Of a stretch of 63,334 nt of DNA, positions 36,950 to 45,256 are shown one piece after another. Both the position numbers and the translations under genes were made by a program. Source of the stretch: Deltaproteobacteria bacterium (GTDB lineage: Bacteria > Desulfobacterota > Desulfobulbia > Desulfobulbales > SURF-16); the NCBI GenBank assembly GCA_030667965.1, contig DAOUUW010000002.1:1-63334 (forward strand), given 5' to 3'. Position 1 is the first letter of the stretch, and each line of letters starts with the position of its first letter. The notes under the pieces are model-generated. The model was given only the letters and a program-made list of their open reading frames with translations. It was not told where the DNA came from and made no database searches.

Positions 36950-37183
36950 ATGATCAGCACGACGAATACAAAGACAAAAAACGATTCAGCAACCTATAAC
37001 ACCACTTCCGGCAATGCCGATAATATAGCTGACAATGTTAACAACGTGACATTTATCATTTTGATATGTCTGGCCGGTATTATTGGCTTATGGGGTTTTT
37101 TAAGTCTCATAGCCGGACTGGTATACAGTGGAGGAATACTGGATCTTGCTTCGGAATGGTTAGGAGCCGTGATAGGTCTGTAA
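36950..37183 (+). CDS. 77-aa single-pass membrane protein, unknown function
   Basis: I prefer the internal ATG at 36950 to the track start at 36893, which lies inside the terminator hairpin. An Asn/Thr-rich polar N-terminus is followed by one TM (FIILICLAGIIGLWGFLSLIAGLV). A strong terminator follows. Confidence 0.45.
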   Translation: MISTTNTKTKNDSATYNTTSGNADNIADNVNNVTFIILICLAGIIGLWGFLSLIAGLVYSGGILDLASEWLGAVIGL

Positions 37184-37216
37184 TTGTGATATTTTGTTAA
37201 CATTCGGATGATCACC

Positions 37217-37250
37217 AGCAAATCCCCCCAACTCGTTGGGGGGATTTGCT
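37217..37250 (+). terminator. strong Rho-independent-type hairpin
   Basis: AGCAAATCCCCCCAA-CTCG-TTGGGGGGATTTGCT, a perfect 15-bp stem. Confidence 0.75.
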
Positions 37251-37406
37251 GTGTTCAACATAAACAAAAACGACAATGGCGTATCCACACGTAATGCAAT
37301 AATCATTACAGGGTCATGAATAAAATTTTTTCAATCCCCTCCAACTATCATCATAAAGCTATCATTAAGCAAATCTTGATACATCACTCTGTCTCTCCTT
37401 AAATCA

Positions 37407-37460
37407 ATGCAAACATGCAAACAGACTAAATTGTAGAGTTGCAGTCATGCAACTCTACAA
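37407..37460 (+). promoter_or_regulatory. upstream activator sites for promoter P5, proximal site embedded in a perfect 30-bp palindrome
   Basis: ATGCAAACATGCAA lies at 37407-37420 and TTGCAGTCATGCAA at 37439-37452. The latter sits inside TTGTAGAGTTGCA-GTCA-TGCAACTCTACAA (37431-37460). The sites are 125 and 93 nt upstream of the GG. Confidence 0.65.
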
Positions 37461-37530
37461 AAAGGCCATAGTCGCCAACGTAATAACATAACTATTTGAT
37501 ATAATAACAAAAAAAATTAAGAAATCCCCA

Positions 37531-37546
37531 TGGCACATAAGATGCA
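37531..37546 (+). promoter_or_regulatory. sigma54 -24/-12 promoter P5 (upstream of cytochrome operon)
   Basis: TGGCACATAAGATGCA, with GG-N10-GC exact. Confidence 0.75.
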
Positions 37547-37681
37547 TTTTAAGATGTTTAACGTGTTTGATATTGCACATCGTCTTTCTCTATCACCACC
37601 GGTTCCATGTTATTTTTGGATGAACCGCAAAAAATGATAAACAGAGTGCCGCAACTTTTTATGAATAGGAGATGAAATGCT

Positions 37682-38803
37682 ATGAAAAAAATGACCAGGT
37701 TAACAAAATGTTATGGCTTATTTTTTCTTTTTCTATGCTTCCTGTGGCCATCCGCAGGTTTGGCGATAGAAAACTCGGAATGTATGGATTGCCACAGCGA
37801 TGAGAGCCTCACCAAGGAATGCACGGACAACATATTGCAAACCAGCATTACAGAATCGCTTTATGTTGATGAAGACAAATTCAACCACTCGGTCCACAAT
37901 ATCAACGGCATAACCTGCATTGATTGCCATACCGACATTGAGGAGCTCAACTGGGACGAGGAACTGCCGCACAAGATGTACCTTGAACCGGTCGTCTGCA
38001 CCACATGCCATGAAGAGGAAGGAGAAGCCTACAAGAAAAGCGTTCATATGGAAATTCTCAAAAAGGGCATAACAATGCGCTGCTATGCCTGTCATGGCTA
38101 CCATTATGTTGAATATTCGGAAACGGCAACAGTTGCAGAACGGGGAAACAATTACTGTCTGAAATGCCATAACCCCTATCAGTACCACGAGTGGCTGCCG
38201 GCCAAAGAAGCACATTTTTCCATGGTTGAATGTGTTGTCTGCCATTCTCCAGAAGTACCGAATAAGATCCATCTGAACTTCATTGATCTGGTAAGTAACA
38301 AGCTTTACACCAGCAACGAAATCCTCGATGCACTGGGCGTTGATTACGACGAATTCATGCCTCTGCTTGACACAAACAAAGACGGCATCATTAATTCCTC
38401 TGAACTTGAGAATCTCGCTCTCATGCTCAGACTAAAAAATATTCATGCTGTTTTCCATGTGGAACTCCTGGCAGAGCTGCTACCAATTGCCCATGAGGTA
38501 AAAAGGGGTACGGCAGAACAAGACTGCGTGAAATGTCATTCAGCCAATTCCACTTATTTTGATTCCGTTTCCATTCTCATGACCAGGGATGACGGCACCA
38601 TCGACCGCTATGAAGTGGACAGGGCCGTACTGGAAAGCTACAACCTGAGTCACTTTTACCTGATGTCGGGGACACGGGTGAAACTGCTGGACAAAATAGG
38701 CTTTCTCCTGCTGGCAGGTGGCGCCTGTGGCGCGCTTGGACATTTGACCATCAGAATTTTTACGATCCCGATACGTAGAAAAAGAAAAACTGACAAAAAA
38801 TGA
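37682..38803 (+). CDS. membrane-anchored periplasmic heptaheme c-type cytochrome with an internal EF-hand-like loop
   Basis: It has a signal peptide and seven CxxCH motifs (CMDCH, CIDCH, CTTCH, CYACH, CLKCH, CVVCH, CVKCH). The C-terminal TM is IGFLLLAGGACGALGHLTIRIF. DTNKDGIINSSE matches DxNxDGxIxxxE. Confidence 0.9.
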   Translation: MKKMTRLTKCYGLFFLFLCFLWPSAGLAIENSECMDCHSDESLTKECTDNILQTSITESLYVDEDKFNHSVHNINGITCIDCHTDIEELNWDEELPHKMYLEPVVCTTCHEEEGEAYKKSVHMEILKKGITMRCYACHGYHYVEYSETATVAERGNNYCLKCHNPYQYHEWLPAKEAHFSMVECVVCHSPEVPNKIHLNFIDLVSNKLYTSNEILDALGVDYDEFMPLLDTNKDGIINSSELENLALMLRLKNIHAVFHVELLAELLPIAHEVKRGTAEQDCVKCHSANSTYFDSVSILMTRDDGTIDRYEVDRAVLESYNLSHFYLMSGTRVKLLDKIGFLLLAGGACGALGHLTIRIFTIPIRRKRKTDKK

Positions 38804-38878
38804 TGCTCTTGTAAAAATGGTCAGCCTTTTTATGAAAACATCACAACAAAATATTTAGGTAAAAGAGGAGTTAACGTC

Positions 38879-39496
38879 ATGAATAACGAAAAACGGTTAT
38901 ACGTCCATCCTGGGCCGGTTCGTGTCTGGCACTGGGTAAATGCCTTAGGTTTTGTCATTCTCATTCTCACCGGCTTTCAGATTCGATTTGCGGATATATT
39001 GAATATAATGCCCCTGCAGGATGCCATCACCATACATAACTATGTCGGCTTTACACTCATCGGCAATTACTTTATCTGGCTTATTTACTATCTGAGCACC
39101 GGTAAGATTAAAATATATATCCTGGACGTCCGCACCCTTGTTCCCATGGCTATTAAACAGATGCTGTATTACGGATATGGTATTTTCAGGGGAGATGAAA
39201 ACCCTCACCATATGACCCCGGATAACAAATTTAATGCCCTGCAGCAGCAGGCCTATGCAGCTATCATGCTGATATTTCTGCCGGCCCAGATGCTCTCCGG
39301 TGTCTTTTTATGGAAGGTAAAAGGCTATTCAGACTATATTCACCTGCTCGGAGGAATCAAAACTATAGATACCATCCATGTAATCCTCTTCTTCTTTTTC
39401 GGTTCTTTTGTCATGATCCATTGCTATCTGGCAACATTGGGCCACACACCCCTTGCCCATTTTAAAGCGATGTTCACCGGTTACGAAGACCATTAA
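38879..39496 (+). CDS. dihaem b-type cytochrome, HydC/FdnI/PhsC family (PF01292-like)
   Basis: The N-terminus VHPGPVRVWHWVNALGFVILILTGFQIRF is typical of the family. It has four to five TM segments and four conserved-position His residues. Confidence 0.8.
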   Translation: MNNEKRLYVHPGPVRVWHWVNALGFVILILTGFQIRFADILNIMPLQDAITIHNYVGFTLIGNYFIWLIYYLSTGKIKIYILDVRTLVPMAIKQMLYYGYGIFRGDENPHHMTPDNKFNALQQQAYAAIMLIFLPAQMLSGVFLWKVKGYSDYIHLLGGIKTIDTIHVILFFFFGSFVMIHCYLATLGHTPLAHFKAMFTGYEDH

Positions 39497-39517
39497 TATC
39501 TAAACAGGCCTTCCTCC

Positions 39518-39560
39518 TCCCCTCTTCCCGAAGCTCATCTCGGGTTGGGGGGTTTTTTTT
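39518..39560. terminator. bidirectional terminator between convergent cytochrome b and kinase genes
   Basis: CCCCTCTTCCCGA-AGCTCA-TCTCGGGTTGGGGGG followed by T8. Confidence 0.6.
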
Positions 39561-39605
39561 GTCCTTTTTCCCAGCTTCACTTGTAACTATTTATAGGCTC
39601 GACTG

Positions 39606-41258
39606 TTATTTAAACTGGTTCTTCATTTTAACGATGGGCAGGATGATCGTGAAAAGGGCCCCACCCAATGAGCTGTTGCTTGCCTCAATATCTGCGCCAA
39701 GCTTCTGGATAATGCTGTAAGAGATTGCAAGACCAAGCCCTGTACCTTTGCCGGGTTCCTTGGTGGTGAAAAACGGATCAAAAATTTTATCTATTATTTC
39801 GGATTTAATACCAGGTCCGTTATCTTCAAATTTGAGCACAATTTGTTCAACAGTGCTTCTGGTTGTAATCTTTACAACTCCGCCATCTCCTGCGGCATCC
39901 ATGCCGTTGTTTGTCAAATTAAGAATGACCTGCAGCAACTTTGAGGCGTCGGTCATTGTGGTTGGCAGATCTTTTTGCAGATCTTTTTCAATGCTAATTC
40001 TGCTGTGTTTAGCGTCGGTTTGGAGAAAAGAAATTGCCTCTTCCACCACGTCATTCATATTCACGGCTTCCTTTTCAGATTGCATTTTTCGGGAAAATCC
40101 CAACAATCTGTGGGTAACGCTACTTGCCCTTTTCACGTAGTGGCGTATCTTTTTCAGGGACTCCCTGTATTCTTCAGCATTTTTAACATTCAAAGAATCC
40201 TCTTCACTCATCAGATCTTCAATCCAGCCGACCTGGTCGGTAATCAGCTGCAGAGGATTATTCACTTCATGGGCAACGCCACCTGCCAGTCTTCCCAGGG
40301 AAGCCATTTTATCAACTTGCAGCATATGGCTGTCCAGTGCTGCCTTCTCACGATCAGCTGCCTCCATGCCTTTCATCATCCAACGCATCATTAAATTCGA
40401 TATGAGAACAATGATCCATGAAGCAATAAAAATTGAAACCAGCACCATATTGCGGCCACTGGAGAACATGTTAATATCGCTGGTTGATTTGACTTTAACA
40501 ACAAGAAGCCATCCAACGTCTCTAATCCAGCTTGTCACATATAGATGACCTTTAATTTGTTTTACTTCGGTCCCCTCATGAGAATAAACAAGTTCCTTTT
40601 CTTCCTCAGCCAGTGCTACTTGCCCAAATCGGCTGGGCGTCTGAAATTTGCCCTTGTAATTGACAATAAAGGCATCACCGGCGTCTCCTATCTGGGCGCT
40701 TCGTACGAGACCGTTTAAAATCTCAGAATTTATTGTGCTGCGTAACACCCATTTTTTCAAAGGACCGGCAACTGCCACCACGATATGGGGCAATCCACGA
40801 TAACCGGATGAAATATCGCTTATATGACTGCCACTAATCATTACTTCTTGAAACCACTCGGTATCTGCATAATTTTTGCCAACAAGTTTTTGCTCATAAG
40901 GACCGACATATGCTACAAGATCTCCTGAAGCATTAAGCACGCCCAGATCAACAATACCCACATCTCCCAGCGACATGAATACCTTCTCCAGGTCATCCTG
41001 ACTGGTTAAATCATTACAATTGCAAAGTTGAATCAGCTGTTCCAGTAACCCTTTTTGTCCCTTAAGAAAAAAAGAAATGAGCTCCTTTCTGTTTTCCACC
41101 GTTCTTTTCAATCCGACGGCAGTGTTTTCCACATAAGATTTTTCATAAAAAGTTGAGGAGCTCCAACTGATCAGGTACAGAGGGATAATTGACACAAGTA
41201 TCAATATGATTGAAAAATTCCTCCACAACCTCTTATAATAAGTAATGTTCTTCTGCAT
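39606..41258 (-). CDS. Cache-domain sensor histidine kinase, paralog HK1
   Basis: Two TM segments flank a periplasmic Cache-like domain. The H-box is [10 protein letters not shown]. HATPase N and G boxes are [15 protein letters not shown] and GKGTGLGL. Confidence 0.9.
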   Translation of the reverse strand: MQKNITYYKRLWRNFSIILILVSIIPLYLISWSSSTFYEKSYVENTAVGLKRTVENRKELISFFLKGQKGLLEQLIQLCNCNDLTSQDDLEKVFMSLGDVGIVDLGVLNASGDLVAYVGPYEQKLVGKNYADTEWFQEVMISGSHISDISSGYRGLPHIVVAVAGPLKKWVLRSTINSEILNGLVRSAQIGDAGDAFIVNYKGKFQTPSRFGQVALAEEEKELVYSHEGTEVKQIKGHLYVTSWIRDVGWLLVVKVKSTSDINMFSSGRNMVLVSIFIASWIIVLISNLMMRWMMKGMEAADREKAALDSHMLQVDKMASLGRLAGGVAHEVNNPLQLITDQVGWIEDLMSEEDSLNVKNAEEYRESLKKIRHYVKRASSVTHRLLGFSRKMQSEKEAVNMNDVVEEAISFLQTDAKHSRISIEKDLQKDLPTTMTDASKLLQVILNLTNNGMDAAGDGGVVKITTRSTVEQIVLKFEDNGPGIKSEIIDKIFDPFFTTKEPGKGTGLGLAISYSIIQKLGADIEASNSSLGGALFTIILPIVKMKNQFK

Positions 41259-41301
41259 TGTATTGGAAAATGTACCTTATGATTCTGCCTGTAATGTAAG
41301 T

Positions 41302-41404
41302 TTGATGGTCTCGTAAAAAGTCTAAAATTCGGATTTTTTGCGTCGTAAGTCGTTGAGTTAGTGTCACCAATTTTTGAGATTTCGACTTTTTACGAGACCA
41401 TCAA
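41302..41404. repeat. palindromic repeat family 2 (TTGATGGTCTCGTAAAAAGT arms), copy 1
   Basis: TTGATGGTCTCGTAAAAAGT lies at 41302-41321 and ACTTTTTACGAGACCATCAA at 41385-41404. The same arms occur at 44999-45069. Confidence 0.8.
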
Positions 41405-41605
41405 GTTTGTTTATTTATGAAAATTTCCGTTCGAGATCCAGGCCTGCGGAAAAAATAACCGAAGGTATATACTTGATATTCCGAGGATTATTTTTTCCGC
41501 ATTACGCAGAAATCGGGCAAAAAGACCATAAACAAAAAAACCTCCGCACACACCTCGATCCTTTGACTCAAACGGAGAGAGGTGTGTGATTGTAAGAACG
41601 AACAA

Positions 41606-42103
41606 TCAGTTTTTGCTAACTCTGAAAGATTCCTGGTCAATGTCGTGCTTTTTTATTTTGTCATATAGAGATTTCCGGGAAATCCCCTGGGAATTATACA
41701 CTGCAGTGATTCTGCCTTTATGAATTTGCAGCGCCGCCTGGATATGCTCCTTTTCCGCTTTTTCAACCACATGTTTTAACAGCACTTTACGTTCAACCGA
41801 ACTTGTGACAGCATCTGCATCATCGTCAACATTAAAAGAGGAATTGCCGAAAATACAAAGTCGGCGGACATGATTTTTTAATTCCCTTACATTACCGGGC
41901 CACACTTGCTCCAGCATATGGTCTATTGTGACCTTATCGAAGGGTTTCACCTCCCGCTTGCTGTCACGGCAATACTCTGCTCTGAAATATTCAGCCAAAA
42001 GCAGAATGTCTGATTTTCGTGAACGTAAAGGCGGCACCTCTATCGGCAGCACATTCAAACGATAAAATAAATCCTCCCGAAAATGCCCTTTCTCAATCGT
42101 CAA
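41606..42103 (-). pseudogene. C-terminal fragment of a canonical sigma54 enhancer-binding protein, 5'-truncated
   Basis: It begins inside the AAA+ domain at GHFREDLFYRLNV, then WPGNVRELKN and a Fis-type HTH. There is no Walker A/B or N-terminal domain. The upstream sequence is an IS256 remnant. Confidence 0.75.
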
Positions 42104-42226
42104 TGTTAGTGTATCATTCTTTCTGCAATTTGGATTTGGCCAGGAGGAGGTGAATCCAAAAAAGGTTGAAAAAGGTGGGTCAATTCACATCCTCTAAATT
42201 TTTTCCACGCCAGGAAAAGGAGGAGC

Positions 42227-42590
42227 TTGATAATGACCCACCAACCGGAACCTACCATAATTGATAAAGTAATTGAAACCATTATTGCCAACGGCATTGA
42301 CGGATTAGGGGAGGCTTTCACTTTACTGTTCAACGAAGCCATGAAAATTGAGCGATCCAAGGTATTACGCGCTGCCCCATGGGAACGAAACGAGGAGCGA
42401 CTGGGACACGCCAACGGCTATAAACCAAAATCCATTAATAGTCGTCTTGGTAAACTGCATTTACAAATTCCACAAGTACGTGGAGATATTGAATTCTATC
42501 CATCATCTTTGGAAAAAGGATTGCGTAGTGAACGTGCGCTGAAGAAAGTGGCCATGGCCGAGATGTACATACAAGGCGGCTCAACCGACA
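42227..42590 (+). pseudogene. IS256-family (Mutator-type) transposase, N-terminal fragment only
   Basis: The typical IS256 N-terminal third is present: RLGHANGYKPKSINSRLGKLHLQIPQVRG..FYPSSLEKGLRSERAL...MAEMYIQG. Similarity is lost after about residue 120 and no DDE domain is present. Confidence 0.75.
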
Positions 42591-42915
42591 AGGCTCCATC
42601 GGAGTGTTATTCTTGCCTGAGCTACATAGCTCAGGGGCAACATCACCGAAGGCTTGTCATTGACGGTCGTAGTCGAACCAAGTTACTTCGGATGTGCCAA
42701 TAAGATGAATTAGTTTTCAACTTTTACAGAATAAATGTTTCTTTATCAAAATTTTTTCATATTAATCTTATGGCAGTCAGCAACGATCGATTAATTGCCG
42801 GCCATAAAACCATGATTGATTCATGGGGTATTAATGATGTCACACCTACTTCGATATCTATAAAGCCTTTTATAAACCGTATGAAAACTCTGCTTTCATA
42901 AAATCAAGCACTGCA

Positions 42916-44562
42916 ATGAACAATAAATATTACGCAAGCCTCCGCAAAAGGTTCTTAATTCTAATAATTGGCGTGTCCCTGACGCCCCTTGTGGGCATCT
43001 CCTGGAGCACAGCCTACTACTTCCATAAGCATGCAATAAAACATGTAACACATGACCTTGAGCGAATGGTCTCTACAAGACAAGAAATTATCACACGTTC
43101 TCTGGAAAACCAGAAAGAACAGTTGGCGAGACTGTTAAGACTGTATTCGTCCGAAGACCTGAAAAACCAGAGCAATCTTGAAAGAATCTTTGTTGCCCTT
43201 TCATCCGACTCCATAATTGACCTGAGCGTGATAGACGGCTCCGGAAACCATGTAGCATACGTCGGACCGTACAGTGAAAAACTCTTAAGCCAAAACTACA
43301 AAGAGACTCAATGGTTTCAGGATGTAATGCATAAAGGCAGCTATATAAGTGATATTTTTAGCGGTTTTCGAGAGGTGCCTCATTTCGTTGTCGCCGTGGT
43401 GAACCCTCTTAGAAATTTGATTTTACGGACTACGATAAATTCCGATTATTACAATTCACTGTTGCGTGGAGCACAAATCTCCGTAAATGGGGATGCATTC
43501 ATTGTCAACCGGCTGGGAGAGCTTCAGACACAAAGAAGGTTCGGTGAAAAAACCATATCTGAGGAAGAAGCGAGATTGCTCACCTTTCATGAAGGGACGC
43601 AAGTCAATTCGATAAAAAATAACCTCTATGTAACAAGCTGGATGAAAGACGGGGAATGGCTTCTGCTGGTCAAGGTTAAAAGAAATTCTGTGCTCAAAAT
43701 GTTCCTTGAAGCACGCAACCTTGATATTGTCCTGCTGATAATCGCTTCGCTGCTGATTATAACCGTTTCAATTATGATTGTGCGTCAAATGGTTAATAAA
43801 ATTGCAAAAGCTGATTACAAAAGAGCCTCGCTGGATAGTCAGATGTTACAGGTTGAAAAGATGGCGTCACTTGGCAGGTTAGCTGCAGGCGTGGCCCATG
43901 AAGTCAACAACCCCCTGCAGCTTATAACAGACCAGGCAGGTTGGATTAATGAACTCATGGACGATGAAGATCCGAAAAAAATTAAAAACATCGTCGAATA
44001 TCAAGCGTCTGTTAAAAAGATACTAAACAATGTGAAAAGAGCCAGCGCCGTCACCCATAAACTGCTTGGATTTTCAAGAAAAATGGAGACGGAAAAAGAA
44101 AACGTTGACATAAATATTCTTGTTCGAGAGACGGTATCCTTTGTTGAAGACGAAGCAAACAAGGAAGAAATCTCCATAAATCTCGATCTGCAGGATGAAA
44201 TACCGGCCACAATGACTGATGCAGCCCAGATTCAGCAGGTATTTTTCAATCTTATTAATAACGGCATGGACGCTGTGGAAAAAGGCGGTTCCATTGATAT
44301 TTCCACCACAAGTGACAACAAAAATATCATAATTTATTTTGCCGATTCCGGGCCTGGAATTGCCGATGCAATCTTAGACAAAATTTTTGATCCTTTCTTT
44401 ACAACTAAAGCTCCGGGTAAAGGAACCGGCCTAGGGTTATCCATCTGCTACAGCATCATTAAAAAATTGGGGGGGGAAATTAATGCAAAAAACAGAGAAA
44501 AGTACGGAAGCGTTTTTACGGTCATACTGCCTATTGTTAATTTAACTAACAGGGTTTCATAG
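42916..44562 (+). CDS. Cache-domain sensor histidine kinase, paralog HK2
   Basis: It is collinear with HK1 and shares long near-identical blocks ([30 protein letters not shown]). The HATPase motifs are complete. Confidence 0.9.
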   Translation: MNNKYYASLRKRFLILIIGVSLTPLVGISWSTAYYFHKHAIKHVTHDLERMVSTRQEIITRSLENQKEQLARLLRLYSSEDLKNQSNLERIFVALSSDSIIDLSVIDGSGNHVAYVGPYSEKLLSQNYKETQWFQDVMHKGSYISDIFSGFREVPHFVVAVVNPLRNLILRTTINSDYYNSLLRGAQISVNGDAFIVNRLGELQTQRRFGEKTISEEEARLLTFHEGTQVNSIKNNLYVTSWMKDGEWLLLVKVKRNSVLKMFLEARNLDIVLLIIASLLIITVSIMIVRQMVNKIAKADYKRASLDSQMLQVEKMASLGRLAAGVAHEVNNPLQLITDQAGWINELMDDEDPKKIKNIVEYQASVKKILNNVKRASAVTHKLLGFSRKMETEKENVDINILVRETVSFVEDEANKEEISINLDLQDEIPATMTDAAQIQQVFFNLINNGMDAVEKGGSIDISTTSDNKNIIIYFADSGPGIADAILDKIFDPFFTTKAPGKGTGLGLSICYSIIKKLGGEINAKNREKYGSVFTVILPIVNLTNRVS

Positions 44563-44610
44563 TCAAGCAGAAATCCGGACCATAAAAAACCTATTAAGTT
44601 GGTGACAATA

Positions 44611-44985
44611 ATGAATGATTTCAAAGTGTTAGTTGTCGACGACGAAAAAGACTTTCTGGAAATGACCGTTAAAAGGCTAAGCAAAAGAGGGATTGACTGT
44701 CAGGGAGTTCAAAGCGGTGAAAAAGCTGTTGAAAAGATGAAAAACTATCACTGCGACGTGGTGCTTCTGGACGTAAAAATGAAGGGCATGTCCGGCATTG
44801 AAACTTTGCGCGAGATAAAACGGAGCAACCCCCTTGTGGAAGTAATCATGCTAACAGGTCATGCATCTGTGGAATCGGGAATAGAGGGTATGAAGCTCGG
44901 GGCCTTTGATTACCTTATGAAACCAATGGAATTCGAACCGCTTCTTGAAAAACTTCAGGAAGCTTACGAGAAAAAAAATTCATGA
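44611..44985 (+). CDS. single-domain response regulator (REC only)
   Basis: MNDFKVLVVDDE...VLLDVKMKGMSG...MLTGH...KP. I prefer the ATG at 44611 to the TTG at 44599. Confidence 0.85.
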   Translation: MNDFKVLVVDDEKDFLEMTVKRLSKRGIDCQGVQSGEKAVEKMKNYHCDVVLLDVKMKGMSGIETLREIKRSNPLVEVIMLTGHASVESGIEGMKLGAFDYLMKPMEFEPLLEKLQEAYEKKNS

Positions 44986-44998
44986 ACAGAAACTAGAG

Positions 44999-45069
44999 TT
45001 TGATGGTCTCGTAAAAAGTTAAAATTGACTGGGAATGACGACAAAACGGACTTTTTACGAGACCATCAA
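44999..45069. repeat. palindromic repeat family 2, copy 2 (plus a solo arm at 45166-45184)
   Basis: TTTGATGGTCTCGTAAAAAGT ... ACTTTTTACGAGACCATCAA lies directly after the REC gene stop. CACTTTTTACGAGGCCATC occurs again at 45166-45184. Confidence 0.8.
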
Positions 45070-45256
45070 AGTTAACGCAAATCAAAATGGCAAAACCATA
45101 CTGAAATTTTTTGTTCAGGACATACAACCTGGTTAAAGATCGACAAAGACAAAAGAGACAAATCGCACTTTTTACGAGGCCATCTTAATGTGAGGCTGGA
45201 AATTTATTTGCGCCAAGGTTCAAGGGCAAAAAAAACAGAACCGGGAATAATGATAA

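Noticed and set aside
41374-41605. Short ORFs (71 and 64 aa) or an sRNA might lie in the HK1-EBP-fragment spacer.
   Set aside because: The region is explained by repeat family 2 plus a terminator-like hairpin (CACACACCTC...GAGGTGTGTG followed by a T run on the minus strand) after the EBP fragment. There is no coding signal or RBS.
42106-42414. The 102-aa minus-strand ORF between the EBP fragment and the IS256 fragment.
   Set aside because: It is antisense to the recognisable IS256 transposase N-terminus and has no motifs. It is a likely shadow ORF.
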